A program made the translations under genes and the position numbers. DNA of 64,000 bases from Parcubacteria group bacterium Gr01-1014_8 (lineage in GTDB: Bacteria; Patescibacteriota; Minisyncoccia; Phycocordibacterales; UBA2100): positions 64,001-128,000 of the forward strand of contig VMGC01000002.1 in the NCBI GenBank assembly GCA_007376385.1. Direction: 5' to 3'. Shown in pieces: positions 9,524 through 18,380 of this stretch. The number at the start of each line of letters is the position of its first letter. The first letter of the stretch is position 1. Below the pieces are notes generated by a model, which worked only from the letters and a program-made list of their open reading frames with translations, searched no databases and had not been told where the DNA came from.

Positions 9524-10141
9524 ATGGATCTCTTGCTGCAGGGATTTGTTCTTGGGGCCGTAGGGGGCATTGTTCCTGGCGCCGTTCTGACTATCTTGCT
9601 GGTGAGCGCTTTGCAGGGCGGTTTGTACTTGGGGCTTCGAACCTTTTTCTGGGCAATGCTTTCAGAGATCGCGGTCGCTGGCGCGCTGCTTCTTCTCGCT
9701 ACTCAAATACCTCTCAATGAACGTCTGTTTATGGGCATGGGTCTCGTCGGGGGTTTTGTTCTCGTATATTTTGCCTTTAAGGTTTTCACATTGAAGTCGG
9801 TCGGTATACCCGAGCATGAACGAACAGTATTTACTCCCCTCAGAATTCTTATTTTATCTGCGACAAATGCTCCGCTCTACATCTTTTGGATATCAATATG
9901 TTTTCCGCTCATATGGCAGCTGGCTGCAAGCTGGGGTCTTTCTGCAGCAGCAGTGTCGTATTTTGTTGCATTTGAACTTGGGTGGGGAATCAGCACATTC
10001 ATGATGCTTATGCTCTTTATCTTTTCACGCTCCGTGCTGATGGATGAACGGATAATGCGCAAGGTATTTGTCGCACTCTCGATAATTCTTGCGGGGTTCG
10101 GTATCAAGATGTTCATAACGTCAGTTCAGTTATTTCAGTGA
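9524..10141 (+). CDS. LysE/RhtB-type translocator-like membrane protein
   Basis: Six predicted TM segments; N-terminal 'GFVLGAVGGIVPGAV' resembles the LysE motif. Confidence 0.45.
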   Translation: MDLLLQGFVLGAVGGIVPGAVLTILLVSALQGGLYLGLRTFFWAMLSEIAVAGALLLLATQIPLNERLFMGMGLVGGFVLVYFAFKVFTLKSVGIPEHERTVFTPLRILILSATNAPLYIFWISICFPLIWQLAASWGLSAAAVSYFVAFELGWGISTFMMLMLFIFSRSVLMDERIMRKVFVALSIILAGFGIKMFITSVQLFQ

Positions 10142-10156
10142 GGTATACTGATTGCA

Positions 10157-10729
10157 ATGGATCCTGTTGATGCAGGAGTTGCTTCGCATGAGAGTTTTGC
10201 GCATCCGCACCGCAACGTTGCGGTTCTTGGGGTGCAACCGGGCATGAAGGTTGCCGACTTTGGGGCCGGAAGCGGGGCATATGTACATGCAATAACGGAC
10301 GCGCTCTCTGGCACGGGTACCGTATATGCCATCGACGTTCAAAAGGACCTTCTGCGGCGGATCAAGAATGATGCAACAAAGCGCGGTTTTCATAACGTGG
10401 AAGTGGTGTGGGCCGACCTTGAAAAACTAGGCGCATCAAAGATAAAAGAACAGGTGCTCGATCTTGTTCTCATCTCTAATGTGCTGTTTCAATTGCATGA
10501 CAAACACGTCATATTTGAGGAGGCAAAGCGCATATTGAAAAAGGGAGGGCGGCTCGCTGTCATCGATTGGAGCGATTCGTACGGGGGCATTGGTCCTACC
10601 AAATCAGACGTAATGAAGAAGGAAGATGCCATCAAGCTTGCGAGGAGATCCGGATTCGAACTCCCGCGAGAATTTCAGGCGGGAGCGCACCACTACGGAT
10701 TAATTTTCAGAGTAAAGATGGGATCGTAG
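10157..10729 (+). CDS. Class I SAM-dependent methyltransferase
   Basis: Motif I 'VADFGAGSGAY'; acidic post-I residue; about 190 aa. Confidence 0.65.
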   Translation: MDPVDAGVASHESFAHPHRNVAVLGVQPGMKVADFGAGSGAYVHAITDALSGTGTVYAIDVQKDLLRRIKNDATKRGFHNVEVVWADLEKLGASKIKEQVLDLVLISNVLFQLHDKHVIFEEAKRILKKGGRLAVIDWSDSYGGIGPTKSDVMKKEDAIKLARRSGFELPREFQAGAHHYGLIFRVKMGS

Positions 10730-10743
10730 TATCATAAAAAATC

Positions 10744-12042
10744 ATGACCAAACTTTCATTTTTTCAGATAGTCGTACTCTCATCCTTCGGTGCTCTCGCG
10801 ATCGCGGGCGTAATGATATTTGCGTTCGTGGTCGGCGGCTCCGGAGGCGAGGGCATAGGAGAAGTGAAAATTTGGGGCACGCTGGACGCTGGCGCATTTG
10901 CAACGATACTCCGTCAGCTTGCGGAAGAGGACACTCGCATGAAAGCTGTAACGTATACCCAGAAAGATCAATCAACCTTCGATCGGGATGTGACCAATGC
11001 GCTCGCGTCCGGTGCGGGGCCTGACCTGTTCGTTCTCCGCAGTGATTTCGCAGAAAAGGAGGCAGCGAAGGTGTCGGCAATACCGTATGCGCTATTTTCG
11101 GAAGAACAATTTCAAAATACGTTCATCGAAGCGGCGAACGTATACATGGGTCCGGAAGGAGTGCGCGCCGTTCCGCTTGTTGTGGACCCGCTCGTACTCT
11201 ACTGGAATCGCGACATGCTGGCCTCATCGGGCTTTGCGAAACCGCCCGTGTTTTGGGACGAGTTGTTCGACATGGCGACAAAAATGACCAAAAAAGACGA
11301 TACGAATTCCATCATAAAGAGTACCATCGCGCTCGGTGAACATCAGAACGTGGATCATGCGAAAGAGATACTCTCGCTTCTCATCATGCAAGCTCAAGGC
11401 CGCATCACGCAAAGAGATGGTACGGGGAAATTGCAGACGGCGCTTGTGGCGCGCGCAGGAGATGTACAGCAGCCGACAGAATCGGCGCTCCGGTACTACA
11501 CTGAATTTGCGAACCCTATCAAAGCGCACTACACATGGAATCGCGCACTTCGAGAGAGCCGTTCAGCGTTCGCATCGGGAGATCTCGCACTTTATATAGG
11601 CCTCGCAAGCGAGGAGCCGTTGGTACGCCGCATCAATCCGAATTTGAACTTCGCTATTGCGCCAGTGCCGCAGATACGGGGCGGTGCTCGGAGCTTGAAT
11701 GTGGGACACGTATACGCATTTGCCGTACCAAAAGCGGCCAAGAATCTGCAAGGCGCTCTCACGGTTGCCTATACTCTTGCATCAATGGATACGTCAAAAC
11801 TATTCTCTAAGGCTCTTGGCATGCCTTCTGCAAGGAGAGATGTTCTTGCGGAGCCTGCGACGGGCAATGATGATCTTTTCAACAAGCAAGCCATCCTTGC
11901 GAGAGCGTGGGTAGACCCGGACCCGGAAAAAACTGATGTTATATTTAGAGACATGATACAGAGTGTCACCAGCGGCTCTGCGCGTCTCGGCGAAGCGATA
12001 CAGAGGGCGGATAAGACGATGAGCGACCTTCTCAGCATATGA
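10744..12042 (+). CDS. ABC transporter extracellular solute-binding protein (family 1)
   Basis: N-terminal TM/signal segment; SBP_bac_1-like body. No permease gene adjacent. Confidence 0.55.
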   Translation: MTKLSFFQIVVLSSFGALAIAGVMIFAFVVGGSGGEGIGEVKIWGTLDAGAFATILRQLAEEDTRMKAVTYTQKDQSTFDRDVTNALASGAGPDLFVLRSDFAEKEAAKVSAIPYALFSEEQFQNTFIEAANVYMGPEGVRAVPLVVDPLVLYWNRDMLASSGFAKPPVFWDELFDMATKMTKKDDTNSIIKSTIALGEHQNVDHAKEILSLLIMQAQGRITQRDGTGKLQTALVARAGDVQQPTESALRYYTEFANPIKAHYTWNRALRESRSAFASGDLALYIGLASEEPLVRRINPNLNFAIAPVPQIRGGARSLNVGHVYAFAVPKAAKNLQGALTVAYTLASMDTSKLFSKALGMPSARRDVLAEPATGNDDLFNKQAILARAWVDPDPEKTDVIFRDMIQSVTSGSARLGEAIQRADKTMSDLLSI

Positions 12043-12141
12043 CCCCATGAGAGAAATACTTTCGATATACCTATGAACATGATTGAACAGATCTACATGT
12101 GGGAGACAACAAAACATTCAAGCAGTCTCTCTCACGGGGTA
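12043..12141. repeat. Inverted-repeat pair unit U0, variant form: ACCCCATGAGAGA ... 71 bp ... TCTCTCACGGGGTA
   Basis: Right arm ends at the ATG of pilin gene 1 (12141). Confidence 0.55.
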
Positions 12142-12488
12142 TGACGAACATCAGACGAGTACTGAGGATCGCACACTGGACATTTTTCTTCGTGCTGCTG
12201 CCGTCCTTGGTTATGGCGCAAACGCTGCAAAATCCGACGCAGTTTCCGACCATTCAGCGTTTTATTGAAGGCGTACTGAAGGCGGTCGTATACATTGCGA
12301 TGCCTATCATTGCGCTTTTTATGGTGTATGCCGGGTTCCTTTTTGTTAAGGCGCGCGGAAATTCTGGAGAACTCGAGAATGCCAAGAAAAATTTTGTGTA
12401 CGTCATTATTGGCGCAATTCTCATCCTCGGCGCATGGGTATTTGCAACGCTTATCGGCGGAACCGTCAGTCAGCTCGTCGGCTCATAG
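12141..12488 (+). CDS. TrbC/VirB2-like pilin-type small membrane protein, paralog 1
   Basis: Signal peptide ..LLPSLVMA|QTL, two hydrophobic helices, conserved 'IIGAILILGAWVF..L' segment shared by all paralogs. Confidence 0.6.
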   Translation: MTNIRRVLRIAHWTFFFVLLPSLVMAQTLQNPTQFPTIQRFIEGVLKAVVYIAMPIIALFMVYAGFLFVKARGNSGELENAKKNFVYVIIGAILILGAWVFATLIGGTVSQLVGS

Positions 12489-12489
12489 C

Positions 12490-12795
12490 ATGACTACATT
12501 TAGACGCATTGGATATCTGATTCTCATCCTCGGCGCGCCGCTCGTCGTCGCGGCAGCGCCTCGCACCTATAGGGAACTTGTCGAATACCTCATTAAAATA
12601 ATGAATTACACGATAGGTACGTTGATAGTTCTTGGGCTGGTGACGTATTTTTACGGCGTTGCGCACAATATAATAAGATCTAAAGAAGGCGATTCAGGCC
12701 AGCAGAGGAGTTTTATTTTGATGGGTGTCGTCGTGATATTCGTCATGGTGTCGGTGTGGGGAATACTTCGTCTCCTTAGAACGACGTTCTTCTAG
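12490..12795 (+). CDS. TrbC/VirB2-like pilin-type small membrane protein, paralog 2
   Basis: Starts 2 nt after paralog 1. Contains 'ILMGVVVIFVMVSVWGILRLL'. Confidence 0.6.
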   Translation: MTTFRRIGYLILILGAPLVVAAAPRTYRELVEYLIKIMNYTIGTLIVLGLVTYFYGVAHNIIRSKEGDSGQQRSFILMGVVVIFVMVSVWGILRLLRTTFF

Positions 12796-12803
12796 TTTGA
12801 AAT

Positions 12804-13118
12804 ATGCGCGCGATCCGGGAACAGAGGAGACAATGCTTTGCCGGGGCTTCCGCCGTCATTTTCGGGATGGTCTCGCTTCCTTTTTTAGCGAACGCCCTCA
12901 CGCTCGCAGAAATGCGCGATGCGGCCGTACCCTTTCTGTATGGGATCATTGGTTTTTTCGGGGCGCTTGCATTCGGCATTTTTGGGGCAGGTCTTGTTGT
13001 TTATCTGGTTCGTATGAGTTTGGATAATCGTATGTATGGTATCGATATCATGATATGGGGGGTTACCATCCTTTTTGTCGTTGTCCTTCTCATCGGGCTT
13101 CTGGTGTGGATACAATAA
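12804..13118 (+). CDS. TrbC/VirB2-like pilin-type small membrane protein, paralog 3
   Basis: 'IMIWGVTILFVVVLLIGLLVW'. Confidence 0.55.
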   Translation: MRAIREQRRQCFAGASAVIFGMVSLPFLANALTLAEMRDAAVPFLYGIIGFFGALAFGIFGAGLVVYLVRMSLDNRMYGIDIMIWGVTILFVVVLLIGLLVWIQ

Positions 13119-13199
13119 GTGATTAGAAGGGGGGTTATTATGGCTGGAGGGCGAAATCGCGCGGGCCGCAGGCTTGCATGATCCACGAGCGAAGACGCA

Positions 13200-13420
13200 A
13201 AATCACGTATTCGTGCACGCCCATGAACCAATTTTGGTTTTTGACAACCAGATCTAGCGCGTAAGAAATGTAAAGGTGTATGCCATGTCAGCGAACCCGA
13301 GGCGTATTCGAAACGATCGGCCGAACCAAAATTTGGTGCTGGGTTATCCACACAGAACCGACCTTGGCGCCTTTTTGCGCTATCAGGGGGATACAATAAG
13401 ACTACTTACTGGCGACGTAA
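13200..13420 (+). pseudogene. Possible remnant of a deleted pilin paralog: a duplicate of the pilin-4 leader followed by a 12-nt match to the pilin-3 3' end (ggatacaataag), with no pilin body
   Basis: 13215-13350 aligns to 13530-13665 (gcccatgaaccaaYtttgg ... ggccRaaccaaaRtttggtgcKgggttatc). Confidence 0.35.
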
Positions 13421-13436
13421 GGCGAGAGAAACGACA

Positions 13437-13478
13437 GTGTAACTCACTTTCGTTTCCGAGCCGAGGAGCCAGCAAAAA
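13437..13478 (+). repeat. Conserved ~40-nt element, copy 2 (gtgtaactcactttcgtttCCGAGCCGAGGAGCCAGcaaaaa)
   Basis: See copies at 1729 and 50171. Confidence 0.6.
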
Positions 13479-13529
13479 TATTTTTTTACCAAGTCAACTT
13501 ATTGATATTTACTATGAGCGCACGACCTG

Positions 13530-13663
13530 CCCATGAACCAACTTTGGCCTCCAACAACGGTCATCGTGTAGGGAAAGAAAGTTTGAAATATGCCTTGTCA
13601 GCGTACGCTGGGGTGTCGCGAAATTTCTTGGCTAGGCCAAAGTTTGGTGCGGGGTTATCGACT
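13530..13663 (+). promoter_or_regulatory. Structured 5' leader of pilin gene 4: inverted repeats aaccaactttggcc / ggccaaagtttgg separated by ~76 nt
   Basis: Inverted repeat seen directly. The same architecture is present in the duplicate at 13215-13350. Confidence 0.4.
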
Positions 13664-14011
13664 ATGTGGGTGCTGATAGCGGGCACTTTTCTTTTGCCTG
13701 CACTCGTCTCTGCCCAGACTCTCCTGAACACGCTCGCGCTCGTCAATACGTTCCTCAACGCGCTCATCGGTCTTTTCATTACCCTTGCCATCGTCGCGTT
13801 CTTCTGGGGACTCATCAAGTACTTGGTCAATATGGGTTCCGAGAATGCGAAAGAAGGCATTCAGATAATGCTCTGGGGCATCATCGCAATTTTCGTCATG
13901 GTCTCCATTTGGGGAATCATCCGGTTGCTCCAAGCTACGTTCCGTGTCACATCAACTGACCCGGTCATTCCAAAAGGTATTCAGATCAACACTGGAGGGG
14001 GAAACTTTTAA
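13664..14011 (+). CDS. TrbC/VirB2-like pilin-type small membrane protein, paralog 4
   Basis: MWVLIAGTFLLPALVSA|QTL signal peptide; 'IMLWGIIAIFVMVSIWGIIRLL'. Confidence 0.6.
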   Translation: MWVLIAGTFLLPALVSAQTLLNTLALVNTFLNALIGLFITLAIVAFFWGLIKYLVNMGSENAKEGIQIMLWGIIAIFVMVSIWGIIRLLQATFRVTSTDPVIPKGIQINTGGGNF

Positions 14012-14074
14012 ACGTGGCCATTTTGATTCGAACCTGCGGGATTCTGGATTGGGGTTCCTAGGTCTGGGATAGCT

Positions 14075-14377
14075 ATGGAAGCTGGAATGATGGTGCTGCA
14101 GAGGTTCAAGGAATATATCCTTGACCCGACTATTTATCTTATCCTGACAGCAGGACTCCTTTTGTTTATTTACGGTCTTGTGCTCTTTATCTACAAGATG
14201 CGAGAGGGCAGCGACTATAAGGAGGGCCTGTCGCACATGCTCTGGGGCATAATCGGCATGTTTATTATGGTATCCGTGTACGGCATTATCGCGCTCATCA
14301 TAAACACGATCGGCGCTGACCCGACTCAACCTGATCTAAGCAGGATACCTGAAGCAAATCCCGGATTCTTTAAGTAA
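14075..14377 (+). CDS. TrbC/VirB2-like pilin-type small membrane protein, paralog 5
   Basis: 'HMLWGIIGMFIMVSVYGIIALI'. Confidence 0.55.
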   Translation: MEAGMMVLQRFKEYILDPTIYLILTAGLLLFIYGLVLFIYKMREGSDYKEGLSHMLWGIIGMFIMVSVYGIIALIINTIGADPTQPDLSRIPEANPGFFK

Positions 14378-14852
14378 TTGTCGAAATGACAGTCGGCCAT
14401 CGCCGCCTGTACTCCAGATAAACGAGTACTATTATCGCGCAGTCATATGCGGAAAGTGCGATAAGCCATAGTGAATGCGTCTGTGTGTACAGATACAGCT
14501 GAAATAGTGCAAAAAGAGCGAGGAGTACTGACGCGATGGGGAACATTATTTTTTTGTGCATTAAGAGCCCCGATGCGAGAATCAGATTTATCAGTGCACT
14601 AATGAATAAATACAGAGCGGCAAATTCTTTTCCCGCTTGCGTGACATGCGACACGTTTGAAAGCAGCACGTTGGCTAATACATCATTCGGGTCCTCTACT
14701 AACTCCTTTGAGACGACGCTTATTGCGAGGGCAGAAAGGGTTGCGCCGCTTGTGAAAAAGATGATTACCGCGCCGATCAATTCGGCAATTGCGTGAAGTC
14801 CTTTGAGGATGACAGCAACCTCGAAGAAGCGATGCAGAAATGACCGTTGCAT
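14370..14852 (-). CDS. DUF2127-like integral membrane protein (start taken at MQRSF, downstream of the tRNA)
   Basis: Four TM segments. The longer ORF extension overlaps tRNA-Leu, so it was trimmed. Confidence 0.45.
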   Translation of the reverse strand: MQRSFLHRFFEVAVILKGLHAIAELIGAVIIFFTSGATLSALAISVVSKELVEDPNDVLANVLLSNVSHVTQAGKEFAALYLFISALINLILASGLLMHKKIMFPIASVLLALFALFQLYLYTQTHSLWLIALSAYDCAIIVLVYLEYRRRWPTVISTIT

Positions 14853-14854
14853 AG

Positions 14855-14936
14855 TGGGCAGGGGGAGATTCGAACTCCCATGCCTTGCGGCGCCGCGTCC
14901 TAAGCGCGGTACGTCTACCAGTTTCGCCACCTGCCC
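14855..14936 (-). tRNA. tRNA-Leu (anticodon TAG), class II with long variable arm
   Basis: Hand-folded: acceptor GGGCAGG/CCTGCCC, anticodon loop cTTAGGa, T-loop GGTTCGAATCC. Confidence 0.8.
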
Positions 14937-15062
14937 GACAGGACGAATATACCATGACAAGGTACTATTTCGTGCTATATTTTTCGAACCGCCCACTCAC
15001 GAAATTCGTGTGGACGGGCAAACGGAGGCTAAGCAAATGAAAATGCCTTTCGCTCCGCATCA

Positions 15063-15135
15063 CCGCCCGTAGCTCAGTTGGTAGAGCAGCTCGCTCTTAA
15101 CGAGACGGTCGTAGGTTCGATTCCTACCGGGCGGA
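15063..15135 (+). tRNA. tRNA-Lys (anticodon CTT)
   Basis: Acceptor CCGCCCG/CGGGCGG, D-arm GCTCAGTTGGTAGAGC, anticodon loop cTCTTAa, T-arm GTAGGTTCGATTCCTAC. Confidence 0.8.
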
Positions 15136-15825
15136 CTGGATCGTGTCCTCTGCAACATCGTGTTTCTTTTTGCGCACAAGAATGAGTAGAACCCAAACGG
15201 CAATGAACGCCAGTACGAATTTCGGACCTATCGCCGCTATCGCTTTATCACCAAGAAAATATGCGAGCGTGGTCCACATCGTATTCCAAAGCAAGGTGGC
15301 AGCGATCGAATAGAGTGCGACCGTGCGAAATGGCATTGAAAGAATTCCTGCTGCGGTGGATGTGAGTGCGCCGAGGTTCGGGTGCCAATAGGTGAGGAAG
15401 ATGGCACGCGGACCGTATCGTATTAGTTGTGACTTTGCTTTTTCGAGGGCTTCTCGAAATCCCAGTGCAACAAGGAGCCGATACCAACCGTATTTGCCGA
15501 TGTAAAAATTAAACGTGTGAGCGACCAAAAAACCGAGAGATGTGATAAATAAGACCTCACCCAATTGTACGAGGTCGGAGCCCGCGAATATTGCACCGAG
15601 TACGATCACAAGACTGCCCGGATAATACCAGCCAACCATCAGCGCGGCTTCTAAAATTGCGCTCACAAATACCGTAAGCAGTCCGTAGTTGTCAAAATAC
15701 TCTCGTGCGAGCGAAATGATTTCCTCTTGCGGTGGCAGGTCGAGCAAAGTCCATACAAGATAGAACGAGACGAACGCCGCGAGCGAAAACAAAGGCAACC
15801 AAATGGCAGCTAAAATATCCTTCAT
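15124..15825 (-). CDS. DedA/VTT-domain family membrane protein
   Basis: Multi-TM protein with 'YYPGSLVIVLGAIFAG' and a 'FREALEKAKSQLIRYGPRAIFLTYWHP' segment typical of DedA proteins. The 3' end overlaps tRNA-Lys by ~12 nt. Confidence 0.55.
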   Translation of the reverse strand: MKDILAAIWLPLFSLAAFVSFYLVWTLLDLPPQEEIISLAREYFDNYGLLTVFVSAILEAALMVGWYYPGSLVIVLGAIFAGSDLVQLGEVLFITSLGFLVAHTFNFYIGKYGWYRLLVALGFREALEKAKSQLIRYGPRAIFLTYWHPNLGALTSTAAGILSMPFRTVALYSIAATLLWNTMWTTLAYFLGDKAIAAIGPKFVLAFIAVWVLLILVRKKKHDVAEDTIQSAR

Positions 15826-15830
15826 AAGGC

Positions 15831-16934
15831 TTACGTCGTATCAATTATTCGCGGAAGTTGTTCAGGAATATGCGCCAGAACTTCATAGGGAATAGTACCT
15901 ATCATTTTCGCTATGGATTCGACTGAGTTCTTATCATCGGGGTTGCGGCTCATAAGGATCACGTCGTCGCCGATCGCTGTCTCGGGAGCATCTGTTATAT
16001 CAACGCCGATCATATTCATGCTTACTCGCCCGACAATGGGGCAGGTCTTATCTTTGGTAGTTACGAATCCTGTATTCGAAAGCCTGCGGTCGATCCCTTC
16101 GAAATATCCGCCGGGGATGGTGGCGATGACCATAGGGTGTTCTGCTGTAAAGGTAGCGTTGTAGCCGACTGATTCGCCCGCGTTAATTCGCCGAATTGAA
16201 GCCACGACCGAGCGCATCTCAAGAACTGGTTTCAGATCCATCCTTTTATTATTTGACACATCGAATCCATACAGACCGATTCCGAGCCGAGCCATATTTG
16301 TGTTTGCTGCTGTTATAGATGCAAAGCCAGTCGTAGCGGCTACATGGCGGTATCGAATGCTTGAGAACGCGCGGTCAAAGAAATCCGATGCATCACTCCA
16401 ATTTTTCAATTGTGTATTGGTAAACGAAGGGTTTTCGCCGTCTGCATCGGCAATGTGCGTGCAGATACCTTCAACTGTAAGAAGCGGCTGAATTTTTATG
16501 AGCGCGATCGCTTCATTAAAATCGCTCTCGGCGATTCCTTGCCGATGCATGCCTGTATCGATCTTTATATGAACTCTGAGCGGAGTTTTGATGATTTTGG
16601 AGAGCTGTCTCAGCTCCTCAATGTCTGTTATAGCGAGCGTAGTATCAGAAGGGATACTGGATACGACGTCCGATGGCCTCACATACCCTACTATCAATAT
16701 ATTTTTCTTGCTGCGTGCTTTTCGCAATGCGACAGCCTCCGAAAGGGAATTTACGACCAGAAAAGGAATTGTTTCTGATTCTAAAATGTTCGAGACTTCG
16801 GGAAGTCCGTGTCCGTAGGCATTGCTTTTGACAACAGGAGCGATGTCGATGTTCGGATATACACGCTGGTATTCTTGCAGATTGTGCAGAAGATTCTCCT
16901 TTGAAATGCCGATTTGTATTAAGGAAGTATCCAT
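15831..16934 (-). CDS. alr: Alanine racemase
   Basis: PLP-lysine motif 'APVVKSNAYGHG'. Start taken at MDTSLIQ, just downstream of tRNA-Leu(TAA). Confidence 0.85.
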   Translation of the reverse strand: MDTSLIQIGISKENLLHNLQEYQRVYPNIDIAPVVKSNAYGHGLPEVSNILESETIPFLVVNSLSEAVALRKARSKKNILIVGYVRPSDVVSSIPSDTTLAITDIEELRQLSKIIKTPLRVHIKIDTGMHRQGIAESDFNEAIALIKIQPLLTVEGICTHIADADGENPSFTNTQLKNWSDASDFFDRAFSSIRYRHVAATTGFASITAANTNMARLGIGLYGFDVSNNKRMDLKPVLEMRSVVASIRRINAGESVGYNATFTAEHPMVIATIPGGYFEGIDRRLSNTGFVTTKDKTCPIVGRVSMNMIGVDITDAPETAIGDDVILMSRNPDDKNSVESIAKMIGTIPYEVLAHIPEQLPRIIDTT

Positions 16935-16936
16935 TG

Positions 16937-17019
16937 TGCCGGGAGTGGGACTCGAACCCACACGCCCTTGCGGGCATTCGATCTTAAGTCGAACGCGTAA
17001 ACCATTCCGCCATCCCGGC
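16937..17019 (-). tRNA. tRNA-Leu (anticodon TAA), class II
   Basis: GCCGGGATGGCGGAATGG...cTTAAGa...GGTTCGAGTCC...CCCGGCA. Confidence 0.8.
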
Positions 17020-17074
17020 ATTGTCTCGCCTTAGCTTTAGCGTCGGCGGACGTACTATTTCTACCACGCCGCTG

Positions 17075-17503
17075 CTATTTTTGCCCTTCGCGTTTTGCTT
17101 TTTCTTGCTCGTATACGCGCCTGCGTAATTCGCTTGTGGAAAAGCCGTGGTCTCGGGTGTTGAAATGCACGGGGATAGGGAGGTCGTGTCCGGTAAATTC
17201 CTTTCCCTTCCAGTCTGCGCCGACTATTCGGATATCAATACCGAGTTTGTTTTCTTTCAGCAAATTGTATAAATCTGCCTCTCTATCATATACGACGACC
17301 TCGTCCACGTATTTGACGCTTTCAAGGATTATTTTTCGCTCTTCAAGCGACATGACCGGCTTATTTTTTTCCGGCCGGTCGAGTGAAGGGTCGCTCTGGA
17401 GCCCAACGATGAGGTAGTCGCACACTTTTTTGCACTCCTGGAATACGAGCATGTGCCCGGCGTGACAGAGGTCGAATGCTCCAGCGGTGAATCCTTTCTT
17501 CAT
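17075..17503 (-). CDS. Cytidylyltransferase-like nucleotidyltransferase (TagD/RfaE-domain-II type)
   Basis: 'GAFDLCHAGH' HxGH motif; about 140 aa. Confidence 0.6.
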   Translation of the reverse strand: MKKGFTAGAFDLCHAGHMLVFQECKKVCDYLIVGLQSDPSLDRPEKNKPVMSLEERKIILESVKYVDEVVVYDREADLYNLLKENKLGIDIRIVGADWKGKEFTGHDLPIPVHFNTRDHGFSTSELRRRVYEQEKAKREGQK

Positions 17504-17599
17504 ACGTGCATCCTGCAACAATGGGATGGCGCAGTCAATTTCAACGTGTGGGCAGGCAGCCGTCTGGATAATTTCTTAAAACGGCGTTACCATCCGCGG

Positions 17600-18142
17600 A
17601 TGCACATAACATTCATCCAGACAGGGGGAACCATTGATAAAGATTATCCGCGTGGAGAAACGAATCATGGATACGAGTTTGCCATTACGGATGCTGCGGT
17701 AAAGTCTATACTGCCGTTTAGCCACGCGATGTTTACCTACGATATTGTTGAAGTCGCGAAGAAAGACAGTCTCGATCTCACCGATAGCGATAGGCAAAAT
17801 ATTTTGGAAGCAGTTCAAAAGGCTGGATCTAATCACGTTGTCATTACTCATGGCACAGATACCATGGTAAATACAGCAGAGGTACTGTCAGGAAACGTTG
17901 AAGGGAAAACAGTAGTCATGACTGGGGCCATGCTGCCAGAGAAATTTATTAATTCAGATGCACGGTTCAATGTAGGTATGGCCGTCGCGGCCGTGCAAAG
18001 CTTAGGCTCCGGTGTTTATATTGCACTTTATGGATGCGTCGTTCCCTGGAAGGAGTTCAAAGCGTTGAACAACGAATACGAATTGCGCTCGAGATCTGTT
18101 CTGACGCACGGCAAGGACTTCGATGATCCCGTTCGTTTTTGA
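17600..18142 (+). CDS. L-asparaginase / GatD-type N-terminal domain protein (single domain, ~180 aa)
   Basis: 'IQTGGTID' and 'THGTDTM' asparaginase signatures. No C-terminal domain. Confidence 0.6.
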   Translation: MHITFIQTGGTIDKDYPRGETNHGYEFAITDAAVKSILPFSHAMFTYDIVEVAKKDSLDLTDSDRQNILEAVQKAGSNHVVITHGTDTMVNTAEVLSGNVEGKTVVMTGAMLPEKFINSDARFNVGMAVAAVQSLGSGVYIALYGCVVPWKEFKALNNEYELRSRSVLTHGKDFDDPVRF

Positions 18143-18145
18143 GTG

Positions 18146-18219
18146 AGGCCTGGGCGGGAATTGAACCCGCGAATAGCGGTTTTGCAGACCGCCGTGTTAG
18201 CCACTTCACCACCAGGCCG
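18146..18219 (-). tRNA. tRNA-Cys (anticodon GCA)
   Basis: GGCCTGGTGGTGAAGTGG...tcTGCAaa...GGTTCAATTCC...CCAGGCCT. Confidence 0.8.
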
Positions 18220-18380
18220 ATGTGGGCAAATATAGCAGAGATTATTTGTTTTTGCGCGTCTGCCCGGTGAGTGAATTTCGGCTTGCGCGAAGCGCGTCGC
18301 GGTCGGCAGAACTGAATATTTACCTCGTTGAGGGGACAGGTTAATTATGTTGTGCAGTCTGAACAAGACAAGTCGAAATT

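Noticed and set aside
14020-14060. Additional tRNA gene suggested by 'gattcgaacc' between pilin genes 4 and 5
   Set aside because: Only a 14-nt T-arm fragment (cgcaggttcgaatc) is present. It has no T-stem closure, acceptor stem or anticodon arm. Kept as an observation only.
14855-14996. Long N-terminal extension of the DUF2127-like gene (ORF-track start at 14996)
   Set aside because: The extension is encoded by the tRNA-Leu(TAG) gene on the same strand. An internal Met (MQRSF) directly downstream of the tRNA gives a sensible start.
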